Shown: positions 59,676 through 64,000 of the stretch, piece by piece
Numbering within the stretch: the first letter of the stretch is position 1
Layout: the number at the start of each line of letters is the position of its first letter
The notes under the pieces: generated by a model
Told to the model about the DNA's origin: nothing
The model's input: only the letters and a program-made list of their open reading frames with translations
The model's database searches: none
Position numbers and translations under genes: made by a program
Source: an uncultured Granulosicoccaceae bacterium
GTDB taxonomy: Bacteria > Pseudomonadota > Gammaproteobacteria > Granulosicoccales > Granulosicoccaceae
NCBI GenBank assembly: GCA_964646405.1
Contig: CAZYDV010000003.1
Location: forward strand, 1 to 64,000
Direction of reading: 5' to 3'
Length of the DNA stretch: 64,000 nt

Positions 59676-59780
59676 ATTCTCCTGATTAAAAGGTTTCGAA
59701 ATGTCTACTCGACGATTTTAACCCATTCAAACGTGCCAAAACAAAGTTGTTAACAGTTTTTTTAGTTTTAGGTCAAGTGC

Positions 59781-60992
59781 TTAGACACCTCGCCGGCGCG
59801 CCGCAATCCGCATGCGCAAGGCGTTGAGCTTGATGAACCCTTCGGCATCGCGCTGATGATAAGCGCCGCCGTCGTCCTCAAAAGTGGCGACTTTCTGATC
59901 AAAGAGTGTGTCATCGGACTGACGGCCAGACACCATCACCCCGCCCTTGTAGAGCTTCAGTCGAACGACGCCGTTGACGTACTGTTGTGAGTGATCGATC
60001 GCGGCCTGCAACATCAGACGTTCGGGACTCCACCAGTAGCCGTTGTAGATGACACTGGCGTAGCGTGGCATTAGTTCATCCTTCAGGTGTGCCACTTCGC
60101 GGTCCAGTGTGATCGATTCAATCGCGCGATGCGCTTTGAGCATGATGGTGCCGCCGGGCGTCTCGTAGCAGCCGCGCGATTTCATGCCGACGTAGCGATT
60201 CTCGACGATATCGTCGCGTCCGATTCCGTGTTCGCCCCCAATGCGGTTAAGCTCGGTCAGTACCTGGGCTGGTGACAGCGCCACCCCGGCCAGCGCGACA
60301 ATATCACCCGCCACAAAGGTCAGTTCGAGATCCCGCGGGGTGTCCGGTGCCGCTTCGGGCGAGACGGTCCAGCGCCACATGTCTTCCTCGGCTTCGACCC
60401 AGGGGTCTTCGAGCTGGTCGCCCTCGTAGGAGATGTGCAGCAGATTGGCGTCCATCGAGTATGGCGACTTGCCACCGCGCTTCTGCTCGATCGGGATTTG
60501 CCGCTGCTCGGCGTAGGCGAGCAGTTTCTCGCGCGAATTCAAATCCCATTCGCGCCACGGCGCGATGACTTTCACGTCGGGCGAGAGCGCATAGGCGCCG
60601 AGCTCAAATCGCACCTGGTCGTTGCCCTTGCCCGTTGCGCCATGAGAAATAGCGTCGGCTTGGGTCTCGGCGGCGATCTCGACCAGGCGCTTGGCGATCA
60701 GCGGCCGTGCGATCGAGGTGCCCAGCAGATACTCGCCCTCGTAGATGGTGTTGCAGCGCATCATCGGATAAACGAAATCGCGGACAAATTCCTCGCGCAG
60801 ATCCTCGATGTAGATTTCATTGACGCCAAGCAATTTGGCCTTCTCGCGCGCAGGCTCGACCTCTTCACCTTGCCCGAGATCGGCCGTAAAGGTCACGATC
60901 TCGCACTGGTACTCGTCCTGCAGCCAGCGCAGGATCACGGAGGTGTCGAGACCACCCGAATAGGCCAGTACGACTTTGTTCACTGAGGTCAT
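59781..60992 (-). CDS. argG: Argininosuccinate synthase
   Basis: [12 protein letters not shown]-binding motif and full-length ArgG similarity. Confidence 0.95.
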   Translation of the reverse strand: MTSVNKVVLAYSGGLDTSVILRWLQDEYQCEIVTFTADLGQGEEVEPAREKAKLLGVNEIYIEDLREEFVRDFVYPMMRCNTIYEGEYLLGTSIARPLIAKRLVEIAAETQADAISHGATGKGNDQVRFELGAYALSPDVKVIAPWREWDLNSREKLLAYAEQRQIPIEQKRGGKSPYSMDANLLHISYEGDQLEDPWVEAEEDMWRWTVSPEAAPDTPRDLELTFVAGDIVALAGVALSPAQVLTELNRIGGEHGIGRDDIVENRYVGMKSRGCYETPGGTIMLKAHRAIESITLDREVAHLKDELMPRYASVIYNGYWWSPERLMLQAAIDHSQQYVNGVVRLKLYKGGVMVSGRQSDDTLFDQKVATFEDDGGAYHQRDAEGFIKLNALRMRIAARRRGV

Positions 60993-61556
60993 TCGAACGG
61001 TCCTGTATCGATTCTGGCGCCTGCCAGTCTGGAGGGGAATAGTGTGAATTGCGGCACGGAGATCGCATTACACCGGGAGGTGAAGCGGGCGCAGTTCGAC
61101 TGTGTCGCGAGCCGGCTATTTTACACCGATGACCGTCACTGCAATCCCGAATTTTCGCCTTGCAGTCGAAAGCCTCGGACCAGCAGAGTACAATAGGGGA
61201 ATCACGATGACGGGCGTCGAATGGCGGGTCGACATCGGCTGTGGCTGCGTACACGGCGTCTGCAGCAGGAACTTTCAGCATCGGCTCCAACTCTACAACC
61301 AGCAGCATTAACCATCACAATAGACATAATTACTAACCTTTACCCTTACTAGCATTTATACTCTTAGTGTTACTTCATTGATTAATCAATGGGTTGCACA
61401 GCGCCCGAGCGGGCGTTCAGGAGCTCCCGTATCACGGCCAACCCATTTCCGGCCGAGAGCAACCGAAGCACTCTATAGCGCTGATCGCAGATCGCAGTTC
61501 ATCGCTGTAGCCACGCCTTACCGGGTCGTGGTCAAACCAGGGGACATGACAACAAC

Positions 61557-62843
61557 ATGACCAATAAGACAATCACCATCAATTCGGATGACGGCAAATC
61601 TGCTGATTTTGATGTTCTGCAGGGAACTCATGGACCCGGCTGTATCGACCTGTCAGGTCTGTATTCAAAGTTGGGCTACTTCACCTATGACCCCGGCTAC
61701 GGCATGACCGGTAGCTGCAAAAGCGGCATCACGTTTATCAATGGTGAAGAGGGCATCCTGCTGCACCGCGGCTATCCGATCGATCAACTGGCGGAGAAAA
61801 GCAGCTACCTGGAAGTGTGTTATCTGCTGCTGTACGGCGAGCTGCCCTCTACCGATGAATTCGCGTCATTTTCGGCCACGATCAAAAACCACACGATGGT
61901 GCACGAGAACATTCGCGATTTCATCAACGGGTTTCGCTACGACGCGCACCCGATGGCGATGCTGGTCGGTACCGTGGGTGCATTGTCTTCGTTCTATCAC
62001 GACTCCACTGATATCTCGAACCCGGAACACCGTGAGATCTCTGCCCACCGGCTGATCGCCAAGCTGCCGACCATTGCGTCGTACTGCTACAAGCATCATC
62101 GCGGTCTGCCGTTCATGTATCCGGACAACTCGCTTGGCTACACCGAAAACTTCATGCAGATGATGTTCTCGGTCCCGGCGCAGGACTACCAACACAACCC
62201 GATAGCCGCTCGCGCACTCGAAGTGCTGTTAATTCTGCACGCCGATCACGAGCAAAATGCCAGCACCTCCACCGTTCGCCTGGCCGGCAGCTCGGGCGCC
62301 AACCCGTTTGCGTCCATCGCGGCGGGTATTGCGAGCCTTTGGGGCCCGGCACACGGCGGTGCCAACGAAGCGGTCGTCAATATGCTGGAGAACATCTACA
62401 ACTCCGGTGAAACCATCGAGACCACCATCGCCCGTGCGAAGGACAAGAACGACCCGTTCCGACTCATGGGCTTTGGCCACCGGGTATATAAGAACTTCGA
62501 TCCGCGCGCCAAGATCATCGCCAAACTCTGCCACGATCTGCTGGATGATCTCGATGGCGATCAGCCGATGTTCGATCTGGCGCGTGAGCTTGAGCAAGCG
62601 ACGTTGGCGGATTCTTATTTTCAGGATCGCCGCCTCTATCCGAATGTCGATTTCTACTCCGGCATCATCCTGCGCGCGCTGAACATTCCGATGAACATGT
62701 TTACCGTCATGTTTGCGATGGCCCGCACCGTGGGCTGGATATCGCACTGGCTGGAAATGCACTCCGATCCGGAATTTCGCATTGGACGCCCGCGCCAGAT
62801 CTACACCGGGCACGCGAAACGCGACTACCCGGGCGCAAGCTAA
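61557..62843 (+). CDS. gltA: Citrate synthase
   Basis: Full-length type II citrate synthase (..[14 protein letters not shown]..). Confidence 0.95.
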   Translation: MTNKTITINSDDGKSADFDVLQGTHGPGCIDLSGLYSKLGYFTYDPGYGMTGSCKSGITFINGEEGILLHRGYPIDQLAEKSSYLEVCYLLLYGELPSTDEFASFSATIKNHTMVHENIRDFINGFRYDAHPMAMLVGTVGALSSFYHDSTDISNPEHREISAHRLIAKLPTIASYCYKHHRGLPFMYPDNSLGYTENFMQMMFSVPAQDYQHNPIAARALEVLLILHADHEQNASTSTVRLAGSSGANPFASIAAGIASLWGPAHGGANEAVVNMLENIYNSGETIETTIARAKDKNDPFRLMGFGHRVYKNFDPRAKIIAKLCHDLLDDLDGDQPMFDLARELEQATLADSYFQDRRLYPNVDFYSGIILRALNIPMNMFTVMFAMARTVGWISHWLEMHSDPEFRIGRPRQIYTGHAKRDYPGAS

Positions 62844-62881
62844 AAAGGCGCAAGCCAGATAACGCTTTGAGTTTTCATCTA

Positions 62882-62910
62882 CTGCCCCTCTTCAGGGGCA
62901 GTTTTGTTTT
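62882..62910 (+). terminator. Rho-independent terminator downstream of gltA
   Basis: CTGCCCC-TCTTCA-GGGGCAG hairpin followed by TTTTGTTTT. Confidence 0.8.
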
Positions 62911-62969
62911 CGCACAGCGCAAATTGTCTGCGTGATCTACGCTACTGTTTTAGATCGGGAAGTCTGCCC

Positions 62970-63836
62970 ATGGCTATCGACATAAAAAACGAGTGGCTGT
63001 CTGCCAGTATCAGCGAAAACGGCGCAGAACTGCAGTCTTTGGTGCGCTTATCGAGTGGTGAAGAATACCTGTGGCAGGGTGATCCGGAAGTCTGGTCAGG
63101 ACGTGCGCCGGTACTTTTTCCACTGGTGGGTATGTTGCGCGACAACACGCTGGTGCATCGCGGCCAATCTTATTCGATACCCAAACACGGGCTCGCCAGA
63201 CAAGCCGCATTTGACTGTCGGCAGCACGAAGCTGACAGCGTGACTTTTGTCCTTGAATCCAGCGCACAGACGCTTACCAGTTACCCGTGGAAATTTGAAC
63301 TGCAGTGTGAGTTTTCGCTACGCGAATGCCGCCTGCAAGTGAACTATCGGATCAGCAATCGCGATGACAGTGAAATGATTTTCACTATCGGCTCGCACCC
63401 GGCATTCGCACTACCACTCACACAGGCAACCCTGACCGACTACGCCATCGAGTTCGCGCATAATGAAACGCTTGAGCGCTACCGACTAAACGACAACGGA
63501 TTGCTGGAAGACTCTGGCTCACCCTGGTTGAACAATGAAAATCGCATCGAATTGTCGGACGATCTGTTTAACGACGATGCACTGATATTCAAGAACATCC
63601 AATCGCGACAGATTCACCTGATGTGCGGACACAAGCAACGGCTCGCCGTCGATACTGGTGGTGCGCCACACCTGGGCTTGTGGGCAAAACCGGGTGCAGC
63701 GTTTGTCTGTATCGAACCCTGGTACGGTTATAACTCTTCCGTTTCGGACAGCAGCGAGTTCGAGCAAAAACCATCGATGTTACGCCTGGCGCCTGGCGCG
63801 CAATTCACCACTGGCATCGGTATAGAGATCGCGTAG
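62970..63836 (+). CDS. Aldose 1-epimerase family protein (YihR-like)
   Basis: Family resemblance (..HGLARQAAFD...GSHPAF..). Start trimmed to MAIDIKNEW. Confidence 0.7.
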   Translation: MAIDIKNEWLSASISENGAELQSLVRLSSGEEYLWQGDPEVWSGRAPVLFPLVGMLRDNTLVHRGQSYSIPKHGLARQAAFDCRQHEADSVTFVLESSAQTLTSYPWKFELQCEFSLRECRLQVNYRISNRDDSEMIFTIGSHPAFALPLTQATLTDYAIEFAHNETLERYRLNDNGLLEDSGSPWLNNENRIELSDDLFNDDALIFKNIQSRQIHLMCGHKQRLAVDTGGAPHLGLWAKPGAAFVCIEPWYGYNSSVSDSSEFEQKPSMLRLAPGAQFTTGIGIEIA

Positions 63837-63852
63837 ATCGCCCTTGCGGCCA

Positions 63853-64000
63853 TCAGTTGCTGATTTCCGCGGTTCCCATCGCGCGTGGGTCGATGTGGCC
63901 GATATCGGCTCCGGTTTCTCCTACCCACGAATACTTGGAGTCGCGTCCGGCGCCGTCGTCGTCATCGTTGTACTCGAAGTTGATACCAAAGGGTTGCCCC
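63853..64000 (-). CDS. Partial CDS (C-terminal 48 aa; 5' end outside window)
   Basis: Open minus-strand frame running off the window end (..GQPFGINFEYNDDDDGAGRDSKYSWVGETGADIGHIDPRAMGTAEISN*). Confidence 0.3.
   Translation of the reverse strand, partial: GQPFGINFEYNDDDDGAGRDSKYSWVGETGADIGHIDPRAMGTAEISN

Overview
GC-rich (~60%) bacterial chromosomal segment, probably a gammaproteobacterium by gene content. It is densely coded, mostly housekeeping and accessory metabolism, with no transposase, integrase or CRISPR.

Recognisable modules, in order: a partial lipoprotein with an (EP)n repeat; a large SAM/class-III cyclase/STAND-ATPase/TPR signalling protein; two FGE (SUMF1) domain proteins, one apparently truncated; a YD-repeat lipoprotein; OsmC; an ABC-2 (NodIJ-like) exporter pair; an intergenic block carrying a consensus sigma70 promoter, a strong terminator and a degenerate tRNA-like element; a two-gene SPFH/band-7 + RtcB module; a sulfotransferase; DUF3253; a tandem-duplicated ~125-bp noncoding element; an envelope cluster (DM13 lipoprotein, outer-membrane beta-barrel, DUF547, GT2, GT-C-like membrane protein); an NTE-type cNMP-binding patatin phospholipase; a GntR / TPP-enzyme / acyl-CoA ligase cluster; a PQQ dehydrogenase followed by a TAT-Rieske protein; a seven-gene MoxR/DUF58/vWA/TPR/BatD (bat-type) operon; an IorAB-type molybdoenzyme; tRNA-Arg(UCG) beside a low-GC patch; a FAH / SDR / GMC cluster; a proline-racemase-family enzyme with a stand-alone RAM domain; an RND efflux pair; cobB, argG, gltA and an aldose 1-epimerase.

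The most unusual locus is the degenerate tRNA-like element, candidate sRNA, and SPFH + RtcB module at 10.6-13.9 kb. It has no RtcA/RtcR and could be an uncharacterised RNA-repair or stress/defence module. All calls are from reading the six-frame ORF track and the sequence by eye; no database search was possible.
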